A stretch of DNA of 64,000 bases from NCBI GenBank assembly GCA_965219935.1, contig CBDCOU010000003.1:289632-353631 (forward strand), in the 5' to 3' direction. Position 1 is the first letter of the stretch. Every line of letters begins with the position of its first letter. The stretch is from Caldilineaceae bacterium. Lineage in GTDB: Bacteria; Chloroflexota; Anaerolineae; Caldilineales; Caldilineaceae. The notes beneath the pieces are model-generated. The model did no database searches and had not been told where the DNA came from. It saw only the letters and a program-made list of their open reading frames with translations. Both the position numbers and the translations under genes were made by a program. This document shows, piece by piece, positions 1 through 8,408 of the stretch.

Positions 1-1435
1 CCTGTTCCAGCGGCACCCACTGGAACGGCGTATGCGGCTTGGGCACCAGCGTGCTGACGCCGAGCCGCACCCGGGCCCTGCCGCCAATGGCCGCGCGGCC
101 CCGGGCCAGCACCTCCTTGGCGAGGTCGGCGATGGCCTGCACATCCTCGTCGGTCTGGGTTGGATGCCCGATCATGAAGTACATCTTGATCGTGGTCCAG
201 CCGCGGCTGTAGACCTCGGTGGCCGTGGCCAGCAGATCCTCGGACGCGATCGGCTTGTTGATGACGTCGCGGAGCCGATCCGTGGCAGCTTCGGGCGCAA
301 AGGTGAAGCCGGGCCGGCGTCGGCCCTTTTCGAGCAGTTCCATCAGCCCCACGCTGAATGATTCGATGCGCAGGCTGGGCAGGCCGATGGAGAGTTTCCG
401 GTGTCCGTGTTTCTCGACGACGCGCCGGACCAGTTCCTCGACGTAGGTGTAGTCGCTGCTGCTGAGGCTGAGGAAGCTGATCTCCTCAAAGCCGGTGTGT
501 TCGCAGATTTCGTCGACGGCGGCCAGTACTTCCTCGACCGGGCGTTCCCTGACCGGCCTGAAAATCATTCCCGCCTGGCAGAAGCGGCAGCCGCGCGTGC
601 AGCCCCTCATAATCTCGATGGCGGCCCGGTTGTGGACGGTGTCCACGAACGGCACGATAAACCGCGTGACGGGCGGCGGCAACACCTTGACAACCCGTTT
701 CATGACCAGGGCCGGCGCCGCCGGATCGCTGGGCTTGGTGGCTGCCAGGGCACCGTCGTCGTGGTAGGAGGCTTCGTACAGGGCGGGCACGTAGACGCCG
801 GGCACGGCGGCCAGTGTTCGCCACAGGGACAGCCGATCCAGATTCGGGTCGGCCTCCCGCCGCGTCCGCCATGCGCGATGCGCCTCGATGATCTCGATCA
901 TCACCTCTTCGCCTTCCCCGATCACCATGGCGTCGAAGAAGGGACTCATGGGTTCGGGGTTGTAGCAGCCCGAGCCTCCGGCCAGGACGACCGGATCGGC
1001 GGGGCCCCTGTCCGCCGCCCGCAGGGGCAGGCCGGCCAGGTCGAGCATGGTCAGGACATTGGTGTACAGCTGTTCGTACGGAAGACTGAACCCCAGGATG
1101 TCGAAGTCGCGCAGGGGATGGCGGGTTTCAAGGCTGAACAACGGAAGGCCCTCGTCCCGCATCACCTGCTCGAAGTCGGGCCACGGGCAATAGACCCGTT
1201 CCGCCAGCATGTCGGGGCGCTTGTTGATGAGGTCGTACAGGACCATCAGGCCGAGGTTGCTGCCCCCCAACTCGTAAATGTCGGGGAAGGCCAACGCAAC
1301 CCGGTCGCGCAGGCCGCGACCGGACCAATCCTTGACCACGCTGTTCAACTCGCCGCCCGTGTAACGGGCCGGCACGTTGACGCGCGGCAAAACCCGGTCG
1401 AGGGTTTGTGTGATCGCCTCAGGAGTGGCCAGCAT
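1..1435 (-). CDS. Radical SAM protein with N-terminal B12-binding-like region (TIGR03960-like); C-terminus runs off the window
   Basis: Absent from the ORF track because it is open at the window edge. My minus-strand translation from the ATG (complement of 1433-1435) gives MLATPEAITQTLDRVLPRVNVPARYTGGELNSVVKDW... It contains the cluster motif IMRGCTRGCRFCQAG (rc of about 570-615). The listed + ORF 401..1462 is its antisense shadow. Confidence 0.85.
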   Translation of the reverse strand, partial: MLATPEAITQTLDRVLPRVNVPARYTGGELNSVVKDWSGRGLRDRVALAFPDIYELGGSNLGLMVLYDLINKRPDMLAERVYCPWPDFEQVMRDEGLPLFSLETRHPLRDFDILGFSLPYEQLYTNVLTMLDLAGLPLRAADRGPADPVVLAGGSGCYNPEPMSPFFDAMVIGEGEEVMIEIIEAHRAWRTRREADPNLDRLSLWRTLAAVPGVYVPALYEASYHDDGALAATKPSDPAAPALVMKRVVKVLPPPVTRFIVPFVDTVHNRAAIEIMRGCTRGCRFCQAGMIFRPVRERPVEEVLAAVDEICEHTGFEEISFLSLSSSDYTYVEELVRRVVEKHGHRKLSIGLPSLRIESFSVGLMELLEKGRRRPGFTFAPEAATDRLRDVINKPIASEDLLATATEVYSRGWTTIKMYFMIGHPTQTDEDVQAIADLAKEVLARGRAAIGGRARVRLGVSTLVPKPHTPFQWVPLEQ

Positions 1436-1585
1436 ATGAGAATCCAACCACGTTGGGATTGACAATCAAATTTCGGCCTGCGCCGAATGCAAAGCAAAGA
1501 AGGGGGTTGAGCGGAACGGCTCCCTAGCGCGACCATCGATTGTAGCACGCAGGTGGGCCGTCGGATCGCAGTCTGGATCCCAATC

Positions 1586-1638
1586 CAGGGCAATCGCATT
1601 CTGATTGGGGCGGTGCCTGCCATGGGTAGGATAGGGGG
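1586..1638 (+). repeat. Left terminal inverted repeat (53 bp) of the cassette
   Basis: cagggcaatcgcattctgattggggcggtgcctgccatgggtaggataggggg; preceded by GATCCCAATC. Confidence 0.8.
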
Positions 1639-2189
1639 CAGCACAAGCAGTGGTTACACTGTACGCAAGGACCCAAAACTGCACCGTCGCTTCCAAGGCA
1701 GGCTGGTCCGGGCGTGGAACCTGGCGGTTACTCCCGATAAGGAGGTCCTAAGGAGTGCCGGCTATGACCTCATAGTCTATCGGTGCGTATTGGGAACACC
1801 CTCAAACGGTCCCTGCCATCAGCGCGCGGCGTAGCCTCGTGATTGCCTCCCGAATGAGGAGGACACGACAACCTCGTGAAGCATGGATTATGTTGAGCCG
1901 TTTCCGGCTTGTGCGCGCCGGGCCGCTGTGTTCGCGTGAGTTCGTTGCCTTGCTACCACGACGCGTGGACGGTTTTCTCGGACCGGTCCGACTACAGCCT
2001 TCCGCCAACCGAATCAGCAATTGATTACCCTGTGACCCCGTATCCCGGTGGACGTACAAGCGATGTAGTATTCCGGAACCACAGGCCGCTTCCGACCCAG
2101 ACCTGCTGTCGGCGATCGACCGGGCTACCGGTCATCGGGAAGTACGCGTTGGTGTAGGCAGTTCACCGGAAGGGGCTCGAAGGGACGTC

Positions 2190-4001
2190 ATGAGGTTGGA
2201 CGCGGTCACTGGGCGGAGCGGTTCGTGGTTATGGATGTGGAGTCTGGGCCTGTGCCTGATGGTGGCAGGGTGCGCAGCCTACACGGAAACCCTAAGCTCT
2301 GAGGACGGCCCCGCGGCCTTTGCGGCGGTCAGTGCCGGTGGCGCTCACAGCTGCGGGGTTCAGACGGACGGCCTGGTCACCTGCTGGGGCAACAACGACT
2401 TCGGACAGTCCGCACCACCAACGGGATCTTTCACCACCGTCAGTGCCGGAGCCGTGCACACGTGCGCGGTGCGCATCGACGGCACCCTCGCCTGTTGGGG
2501 CAATAACGACTATGCACAGGCCACGCCACCATCAGGTACTTTCGCCACCATCAGCGCTGGGCCCCTGCACACCTGCGGGGTACGCACCGACGGGACCCTC
2601 GCCTGCTGGGGGGAATATTATGTTCGACAGTCCGTACCATCGGCAGACACGTTCACCGCCGTCAGTGCCGGAGCCGTGCACACGTGCGCGGTGCACGCCG
2701 ACGGAACCCTCACCTGCTGGGGCCAAAACGCCTACGGAAAGGCCACGCCACCATCAGGTACTTTCGCCGCCGTTGGTTCCGGAGGCGAACACACCTGCGG
2801 AGTGCGTGTAGATCGAACCCTTGCCTGCTGGGGCCGTGAATACTCCGGCCAACCTACACCTCCATCGGGAACCTTTGCCAACATCAGCACTGGCACCTGG
2901 TACAACTGCGGAGTACGGACCGACGGCACCCTCGCCTGCTGGGGCGAAAACTATTCTGGACAGGCCAATCCGCCACCAGGTACGTTCACCACCGTCAGTG
3001 TCGGAGGCCTGCACATGTGCGGGGTGCGCACCGACGGCGCCCTCGCCTGCTGGGGCAATGACGAATACGGGCAAGCCACCCCACCTACAACCTCCATCGC
3101 CACAGTCGGTAGCGAAACCCAGCCCACCCACACGGTGCGCACCGACGGCACCGCCACCCCTCGGGGTCGCGACTGGCTTGGACTGGCACTGCGCTCCAAG
3201 CCACCCGACGGTACCTTCACCACCATCAGTGCCGGAGCCTATCACACCTGCGGGGTGCGCACCGATGGCACCCTCGCCTGCTGGGGTTCGGACAGTTACG
3301 GACGGGCAACAGCGCCGACAGGTACTTTCGCCACAGTAGCTTCCGGCCTCCTGCATACCTGCGGGGTACGTACCGACGGCATCGTCACCTGTTGGGGTGA
3401 AAATCGCTACGAGCAGCAGGCTGCGCCGACAAGCAGCAATTTCACCGCCGTCAGTGCCGGAACCTGGCACACCTGCGGCGTGCGCACCGATGGCACCCTC
3501 GCCTGCTGGGGTCTTGACGACCATGGGCAGTCCACACCGCCCGGCGGCACCTTTGTTGCCGTCCGTGCCGGGTGGCGCCATACCTGCGGCATGCAGACCG
3601 ACGGAACCCTCATCTGCTGGGGCGATGATGACCACGGGCAGGTTACGCCTGCAAGTAGCACATTTACCGCCGTCAGTGCCGGAACCTGGCACACCTGCGG
3701 CGTGCGCACCGACGGCACCCTCGCCTGCTGGGGTCTTGACGACCATAGGCAGTCCACACCGCCCGGCGGCACCTTCGTTGCCGTCAGTGCTGGAGACCGA
3801 CACGCCTGCGGCGTGCGGACCGACGGAACCCTTGTCTGCTGGGGCAGCAACGAAGATTGGCAGGCCGAACCTCCGGACGGCACCTTCGTTGCCGTCAGTG
3901 CCGGGTGGAGCCATACCTGCGGCATGCGGACCGACGGGACCCTCGCCTGCTGGGGGAGAGTCTCGTTGCCCGCACCACTCATGCCGCCGTCTCGTGGATG
4001 A
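2190..4001 (+). CDS. Secreted lipoprotein made of 15 short RCC1-like beta-propeller repeats
   Basis: 603-aa ORF with an N-terminal signal and lipobox LMVAGC. It then has 15 units of about 37 aa of the form FxxVSAGxxHTCGVRTDGTLACWGxxxxGQxxPPxGT. AGGGA lies 4 nt upstream of the ATG. Confidence 0.85.
   Translation: MRLDAVTGRSGSWLWMWSLGLCLMVAGCAAYTETLSSEDGPAAFAAVSAGGAHSCGVQTDGLVTCWGNNDFGQSAPPTGSFTTVSAGAVHTCAVRIDGTLACWGNNDYAQATPPSGTFATISAGPLHTCGVRTDGTLACWGEYYVRQSVPSADTFTAVSAGAVHTCAVHADGTLTCWGQNAYGKATPPSGTFAAVGSGGEHTCGVRVDRTLACWGREYSGQPTPPSGTFANISTGTWYNCGVRTDGTLACWGENYSGQANPPPGTFTTVSVGGLHMCGVRTDGALACWGNDEYGQATPPTTSIATVGSETQPTHTVRTDGTATPRGRDWLGLALRSKPPDGTFTTISAGAYHTCGVRTDGTLACWGSDSYGRATAPTGTFATVASGLLHTCGVRTDGIVTCWGENRYEQQAAPTSSNFTAVSAGTWHTCGVRTDGTLACWGLDDHGQSTPPGGTFVAVRAGWRHTCGMQTDGTLICWGDDDHGQVTPASSTFTAVSAGTWHTCGVRTDGTLACWGLDDHRQSTPPGGTFVAVSAGDRHACGVRTDGTLVCWGSNEDWQAEPPDGTFVAVSAGWSHTCGMRTDGTLACWGRVSLPAPLMPPSRG
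2316..3957 (+). repeat. In-frame tandem repeat, period about 111 bp, 15 units (unit 8 degenerate)
   Basis: Seen in the translation. Segments 3444-3563 and 3666-3785 differ at only 3 of 120 nt, which indicates a recent two-unit (222-bp) internal duplication. Confidence 0.85.
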
Positions 4002-4588
4002 GAAAATCGGTGGCTCGTTTGCGTCCGCCATTGAGACAACCTCCCTTGACTTGCCTTGGGACCCGCACGGAAGTTGAAGACCCGATTTGCGAGGTTGATG
4101 CCTGTGGCCATCAAACCAAACGGCGGTTTGGCCTGCGGACGGCCATCAGGACGATGTCTGTCGTTGATTTACGGGTGCCGTACATGTCCCGCTTGCGGTG
4201 AGGGAAGGCCGGAGCACCGCACGAGATCCACCATGTCCACTGGAGCGCTGGACTGACCGGACTAACCGACTTTGGGTGCAAAAGAGTCACCCGGAGACCA
4301 GTTGGCAGGAACACTGGGTGGGATCCAACAAGCCGCAGACATGTCCGAAGGTGTCGTGCGAGGAAATACCGTGCGGCAGGATCAGGAATGTGGCCAGCCA
4401 AGCCTGCTTCTGGTGGCCAAAGAACTCGACTTCGGTCCCGTTGTCAGCGCCGTAGATGACGGCCAAGGTGGCGATCAGGAGAATGGCGCCGGGATTGGGG
4501 CCGACAGAGATCGTCAACCTCGGCCAGTAGGGACACAAGGGGGACGGGAGCAGGGTCGGCCATGAGGGATCTCCTCGGTGAAACGAAG

Positions 4589-4641
4589 CCCCCCGTCCTA
4601 CCCATGGCCGGCACCGCCCCAATTGGAATGCGATTGCCCTG
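4589..4641 (-). repeat. Right terminal inverted repeat (53 bp) of the cassette
   Basis: The reverse complement reads cagggcaatcgcattccaattggggcggtgccggccatgggtaggacgggggg. It is followed by GATCCCAATC at 4642-4651. Confidence 0.8.
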
Positions 4642-4788
4642 GATCCCAATCTCGGAAGTCGGGATGGAGTCCAGGCCAAAGAACACACAGGGGGTGCCCG
4701 CCCCGATTGGTTTCGCACAAGGATTCAACGCGTGCCAACCGTGCCGAGGGCGGTCCGGAACGGGGGGCGGATTGTCGGTCCTTGGCAC

Positions 4789-4818
4789 TTGACAATCCGC
4801 CCGAGCGCGGCCTAAAAT
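4789..4818 (+). promoter_or_regulatory. Candidate sigma-70-type promoter for tRNA-Glu
   Basis: TTGACA (4789-4794), an 18-nt spacer, then TAAAAT (4813-4818), about 42 nt upstream of the tRNA 5' end. Confidence 0.4.
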
Positions 4819-4859
4819 CCGGCCACATGCCTGAGCCAACAATTCCTACTCGGCTTTGG

Positions 4860-4935
4860 GGCGCATTCGTCTAACGGTTCAGGATACCGCCCTCTCAAGG
4901 CGGTGATACGGGTTCGAATCCCGTATGCGCTACCA
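4860..4935 (+). tRNA. tRNA-Glu (anticodon CUC), CCA encoded
   Basis: 76 nt. Acceptor stem GGCGCAT/ATGCGCT, and a D arm GTCT..AGGA typical of tRNA-Glu. The anticodon stem CCGCC/GGCGG has loop CTCTCAA. T arm ACGGGTTCGAATCCCGT, with terminal ACCA. Confidence 0.9.
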
Positions 4936-4965
4936 CCGCCACCCCGTGATCACGGGCCGTGGCCG

Positions 4966-5011
4966 AAAGCCCGGGCTCGCCTTCCCTCCAGGTGTCCCGG
5001 GCTTTCTTTTT
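4966..5011 (+). terminator. Candidate intrinsic terminator after tRNA-Glu
   Basis: Stem AAAGCCCGGG (4966-4975) pairs with CCCGGGCTTT (4996-5005), followed by CTTTTT. The loop is large at 20 nt. Confidence 0.45.
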
Positions 5012-5123
5012 GCCTGGTCCTGGGTTCCCGTACAGGACAGCCATCGCGGTGCCGGCCCGCGGCCGGAAACGGGGTGTCGCGGTACGCGGGAGGGGAGTTC
5101 AGCTGATCAAGGAGACTTCCCGG

Positions 5124-6605
5124 ATGCGCATTGAAAACGGTGGACCGTACATTGGTCACGAATGCCTGGTGCTGTTCCCGTTCGACACCCACAGCCTGCC
5201 CTACCAGAACGGAGTGGAACTCAAGCTGCACGGGCACACCGCGCCCTGCGGAACCACTCCCAGGGTGCTGGAACCCGGCTCCCCGGGCGATCCGGACTCG
5301 CTGCGCGCCATCTACTATGGCTCGGTGCACCGGGTCGGGGACCAGTTGTACATGTGGTACCTGGGACAGGACCATGATCCAGGCTGGTTCAGCCGCGTGT
5401 GCCTGGCCACCAGCCGGGACGGGTACACCTGGCACAAACCGGATTTGGGACTGGTGGAGTACAAGGGCAGCCGCCGCAACAACCTGGTGGACCTGCACCA
5501 GGGCCATGTGCATGTCCAGTCCTGTGTCGTATTCCACGATCCCGACGATCCCGATCCGGCCCGCCGTTTCAAGATGGTCTACCAGACCCGCATCTACGAC
5601 TGGCGGTTTGCGGTGGCCTTCAGTGCGGACGGCATGTCCTGGACACCACACCCGGACAATCCCGTGGGCTACTGGCTGGAAATGGCCGGCGGCATGCGGT
5701 TCAACGACTGCTATTTCCTGACTGGACAGGGCGGCAACCATGCGCGTCGGCTGCGCAATCTGGTGACCTACACCTCCTACGACTTCGAGGACTGGAGCTC
5801 CGCCTCCGTGCTGGGCATGCAGCGGTCCGGCGGGGACCGGCTGTTCCACGAGTGGCAGGGTACTGCCGGCAAGCAGATTCACCTGGGTGCGGCCCTGTGG
5901 AACCGGAACAACGTGATGCTTGGCTTCTACGGCATGTGGAACGGCCATCCGTCCAATGATCGGCGGCTGGTGGTCATGCACCTGGGATTGGCCGTGACGA
6001 ACGACGGTCTCCACTACCGGGAGCCGATTCCCGATTATCCGATTGTGTCCGCGGCCGAGGACGGATGGGAAGTCCTGCCGGATACCCGCACCAGCGACAA
6101 CTATCCGTCGCTGATTCAGGGACAGGGTTGCGAGAACATCGGCGACGAAACCCTGTTCTGGTACGCGCCGTGGCCGGAACAGGCCAGCGACGGCATCCGC
6201 GTCGCGAGTTGGCCGCGCGACCGGCTGGGCTCCTTCAAGCCCTACCTGGATCAGCGCATGGCGTCGCGGGGCGACTCGCACGTGATATCGGCGCCCATCG
6301 ATCTCGAAGGCCGTCCCGCCCGTCTGTCCCTCAACGTGGACGGCCAGGGCGAACACTGGCAGGTGCGCTGTTCGGTGCTGGACGAGCGGATGTGCCCGTT
6401 GCCCGGCTTCACCGCCGCCGACTGCCGGCCCGTCGCAGCCGGTTTGGCCGAACCGGTGACCTGGGCGAACGGCCTTGATGCGATCCCGCCCACAGAGGGG
6501 CGGATCAGACTGCGCGTCGACTTCGGTGGCATCAGGCCGGAGGACGCCAGTCTCTATGCACTGTATCTTGAGGGACCTATATCCATGACTAGACGGAAGA
6601 TGTAG
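5124..6605 (+). CDS. Hypothetical glycoside-hydrolase-like beta-propeller protein (GH43/GH32/GH130-like fold)
   Basis: Taken from ORF 4959..6605. I chose the ATG at 5124 because AAGGAG lies at 5109-5114. Recurrent blade-like motifs include ATSRDGYTWHKP, FHDPDDPDPARRFKMVY and AFSADGMSWTPHPDNPV. The family assignment is pattern recognition only. Confidence 0.6.
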   Translation: MRIENGGPYIGHECLVLFPFDTHSLPYQNGVELKLHGHTAPCGTTPRVLEPGSPGDPDSLRAIYYGSVHRVGDQLYMWYLGQDHDPGWFSRVCLATSRDGYTWHKPDLGLVEYKGSRRNNLVDLHQGHVHVQSCVVFHDPDDPDPARRFKMVYQTRIYDWRFAVAFSADGMSWTPHPDNPVGYWLEMAGGMRFNDCYFLTGQGGNHARRLRNLVTYTSYDFEDWSSASVLGMQRSGGDRLFHEWQGTAGKQIHLGAALWNRNNVMLGFYGMWNGHPSNDRRLVVMHLGLAVTNDGLHYREPIPDYPIVSAAEDGWEVLPDTRTSDNYPSLIQGQGCENIGDETLFWYAPWPEQASDGIRVASWPRDRLGSFKPYLDQRMASRGDSHVISAPIDLEGRPARLSLNVDGQGEHWQVRCSVLDERMCPLPGFTAADCRPVAAGLAEPVTWANGLDAIPPTEGRIRLRVDFGGIRPEDASLYALYLEGPISMTRRKM

Positions 6606-6746
6606 TACTTTATGCGGGTCGGCACGGAACAGTCGGCCGGCCCGCGGGACCGGGGCTGCTGCACGGCGAGAGGCGATCCCCGTTGGGGGACCTCAAGGAC
6701 CCGTGAACAGGATATTCAGGCTTGTCCAGTCATGGATATAGGTCCC
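6572..6746. repeat. 175-bp unit bounded by a perfect 19-bp inverted repeat (MITE-like element or long convergent-gene hairpin)
   Basis: GGGACCTATATCCATGACT at 6572-6590 and its exact reverse complement at 6728-6746. The left arm lies inside the last 11 codons of the 5124..6605 ORF. Confidence 0.6.
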
Positions 6747-6764
6747 TATTGACAGTAGTTGGGC

Positions 6765-7259
6765 CTACTCGAAGCTCGTTGTGCCGACCGCGCCCACGAA
6801 CTCGGGAATGTCCTTGTGTCCAAGGACCTGTCGGATGGCATGGGCCTCCCCGAGGTGGAACCAATAGTGGTACATCACGCGCAGCAGCGTGTGGCCGAGG
6901 ACCTCGGGTACTTCCCTGTCCCCGTGGCGTAGCCGAACGTGCAAGTCCTCCCGAGCGAGGCGCTGCAGGTAGGAGTCCGCCTGTTCGGTGATTTGTTGCC
7001 ACTGGGTCCACATGTCGTTCCAGGGCGGAACCGATGCATCGGCACCGGATTGGGCCACCTGAACATCCAGGTCCATGTCCACCCCCTGGCCCAGCAACAC
7101 GAACATTGTGTGTTCATGAAAGGCCATGTGCGCCACCACGAAGCTCAGGCTGTTGAACGGCGGAATCACGCGTTCCCCTTCCTCGGCCGAAACCCCTTCC
7201 ATCACACGCGCAAATTCCCGGCGGGTGAACTCGAGCTGCGTTACAAGCGGATGTGTCAC
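6765..7259 (-). CDS. DinB/YfiT-like family protein
   Basis: 164 aa with the His-rich four-helix pattern HMAFHEH ... MYHYWFHLGEAHAIRQ typical of the DinB superfamily. Confidence 0.7.
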   Translation of the reverse strand: MTHPLVTQLEFTRREFARVMEGVSAEEGERVIPPFNSLSFVVAHMAFHEHTMFVLLGQGVDMDLDVQVAQSGADASVPPWNDMWTQWQQITEQADSYLQRLAREDLHVRLRHGDREVPEVLGHTLLRVMYHYWFHLGEAHAIRQVLGHKDIPEFVGAVGTTSFE

Positions 7260-7322
7260 GAAAACGCTCCCTGATATGTGAGATGCCTAGCGGTCGGACC
7301 GCCAAAGCCCGACGACGTGATT

Positions 7323-7353
7323 TTGACGCCATGGCCGCCGGCAAGTCTATAAT
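7323..7353 (+). promoter_or_regulatory. Candidate promoter of the rplU-rpmA-rpmE operon
   Basis: TTGACG (7323-7328), a 19-nt spacer (long), then TATAAT (7348-7353), 52 nt upstream of the rplU ATG. Confidence 0.35.
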
Positions 7354-7404
7354 GCAGGTTCGCGCCCAGCGCGCCACGACGTCAGTCAGCGATGAGGAAT
7401 CTTC

Positions 7405-7725
7405 ATGTATGCCATTGTGCGTACAGGCGGCAAGCAGTACCGGGTCAGGGAAGGCCAGACCTTCGAGGTGGAGCAGTTGGCCGGCGAAATCGGCGACAGC
7501 ATTGAGTTGACGGATGTCCTCCTCCACTCGGACGGCACCAATGTGACCATTGGGACTCCGGTCGTGCAGGGATCTTCCGTTACCGCGCGCATCACCGGGC
7601 AGCACAAGGGTCGCAAGATCGAAGTGTTCAGGTACAAACCCAAGAAACGCGTCCGGGTTCGGCGCGGCCACCGACAGCGGTACACCCGCCTGCAGGTGGA
7701 GGGAATTTCAGGTCCTGCCGCGTAG
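7405..7725 (+). CDS. rplU: 50S ribosomal protein L21
   Basis: [14 protein letters not shown]...[30 protein letters not shown] is the canonical L21 sequence. A GAGGA RBS is present. Confidence 0.95.
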   Translation: MYAIVRTGGKQYRVREGQTFEVEQLAGEIGDSIELTDVLLHSDGTNVTIGTPVVQGSSVTARITGQHKGRKIEVFRYKPKKRVRVRRGHRQRYTRLQVEGISGPAA

Positions 7726-7800
7726 GCGGGGGAATTCGCAGCCCTGGCTGGTTCACACCGGGGGTGCACACAGAAGTCCGGAACAGGAGGCGATTCAGCC

Positions 7801-8073
7801 ATGGCCCATAAGAAAGGCGGCGGTTCGAGCCGCAACAATCGAGACTCGAATGCGCAGCGACTGGGTATCAAGCACTACGGCGGCGAAGCGGTTCAGGCCG
7901 GTTCGATTCTGGTGCGCCAGCGCGGAACCCGCATTCATCCGGGACTCAATGTCGGTCGCGGCAAGGACGACACGCTCTTCGCCCTCAGGGACGGTGTTGT
8001 GTCCTATGGCTGGGCCCGCAAGAACCGCAAGAACGTCAGTGTCCTGGCGGCGGAGGATTCCCAGCAGCTATGA
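7801..8073 (+). CDS. rpmA: 50S ribosomal protein L27
   Basis: [24 protein letters not shown]...[13 protein letters not shown] is the canonical L27 sequence, with no N-terminal propeptide. Confidence 0.95.
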   Translation: MAHKKGGGSSRNNRDSNAQRLGIKHYGGEAVQAGSILVRQRGTRIHPGLNVGRGKDDTLFALRDGVVSYGWARKNRKNVSVLAAEDSQQL

Positions 8074-8408
8074 AGAAAGGCATTCACCCGGAGTATTTTC
8101 CGGAAGCCACCGTCACGTGCTCCTGCGGTGCCACTTGGGTGACAGGCAGCACCAGACCCCAAATACGTACGGACGTGTGCAGCATGTGCCATCCGTTCTA
8201 CACCGGTGAGCAGCGGATCATCGACACGGCCGGCCAGGTTGAGCGGTTCATGAAGCGCCTGCAGATCAAGCAGGACATGGATCAGTCCAGGCAGGCGATA
8301 GTGTCCGCCCGCGAAGCCGAGGAGCAGGCTGTCCGCCGGGCGCGGGCCCGCGGAGACGATGTGGAAGCGGCTCGAGAGGCGGTGCGCCAAGAGATTCAGG
8401 CTGAATAG
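8070..8408 (+). CDS. rpmE: 50S ribosomal protein L31 (Zn-ribbon type) with a charged C-terminal extension of about 40 aa
   Basis: MKKGIHPEY...CSCG...[24 protein letters not shown]. The start overlaps the rpmA stop as ATGA. Confidence 0.9.
   Translation: MKKGIHPEYFPEATVTCSCGATWVTGSTRPQIRTDVCSMCHPFYTGEQRIIDTAGQVERFMKRLQIKQDMDQSRQAIVSAREAEEQAVRRARARGDDVEAAREAVRQEIQAE

Larger units (their letters stand above)
1586..4641. mobile_element. Transposase-less cassette bounded by ISAs1-like terminal inverted repeats and a 10-bp target-site duplication (MIC-like non-autonomous transposon)
   Basis: TIRs lie at 1586-1638 and 4589-4641 and match 48/53 after reverse-complementing one. Both read CAGGGCAATCGCATTC... 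inward. Identical GATCCCAATC lies directly outside both ends (1576-1585 and 4642-4651). No transposase-like ORF is inside. Confidence 0.75.

Noticed and set aside
401-1462. Long + strand ORF (353 aa), the only listed ORF covering the first 1.4 kb
   Set aside because: It has Arg/Gly/Pro/Asp-rich, motif-less composition. The opposite strand translates into a clean radical SAM protein with a CxxxCxxC motif. The ORF is an antisense shadow typical of high-GC DNA.
1585-1645. The conserved GGGCAATCGCAT-containing repeat as a small RNA, riboswitch or REP/terminator element
   Set aside because: Local hairpins differ between copies. In contrast, the copies pair as inverted ends with exact 10-bp flanking duplications at two loci. 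Two copies also abut ISAs1 transposase C-termini. Terminal inverted repeats explain the pattern better.
1640-2189. A possible cobalamin riboswitch or other structured RNA in the 550-nt leader (GGTGCGTATTGGGAACACC...)
   Set aside because: There is no B12 box (AGCCAGGAGACCTGCC-like) and no GGTGAAAATCC-type element. I also saw no RNase P, SRP or tmRNA signatures. The region is left unassigned.
2754-4031. 425-aa minus-strand ORF, and several 160-230-aa ORFs in other frames, across the RCC1 gene
   Set aside because: These are periodic Gly/Pro/Ala-rich shadows of the 111-bp repeat. Only the + frame gives a signal peptide and a coherent repeat consensus.
4950-6356. A class of long antisense ORFs (also 11683..13065, 13085..14395, 22473..23681, 23548..24981, 25113..26705, 40622..41959, 44791..46161, 49121..50209, 62154..63293)
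   Set aside because: Each lies opposite a gene with clear family motifs and has low-complexity high-GC shadow composition.
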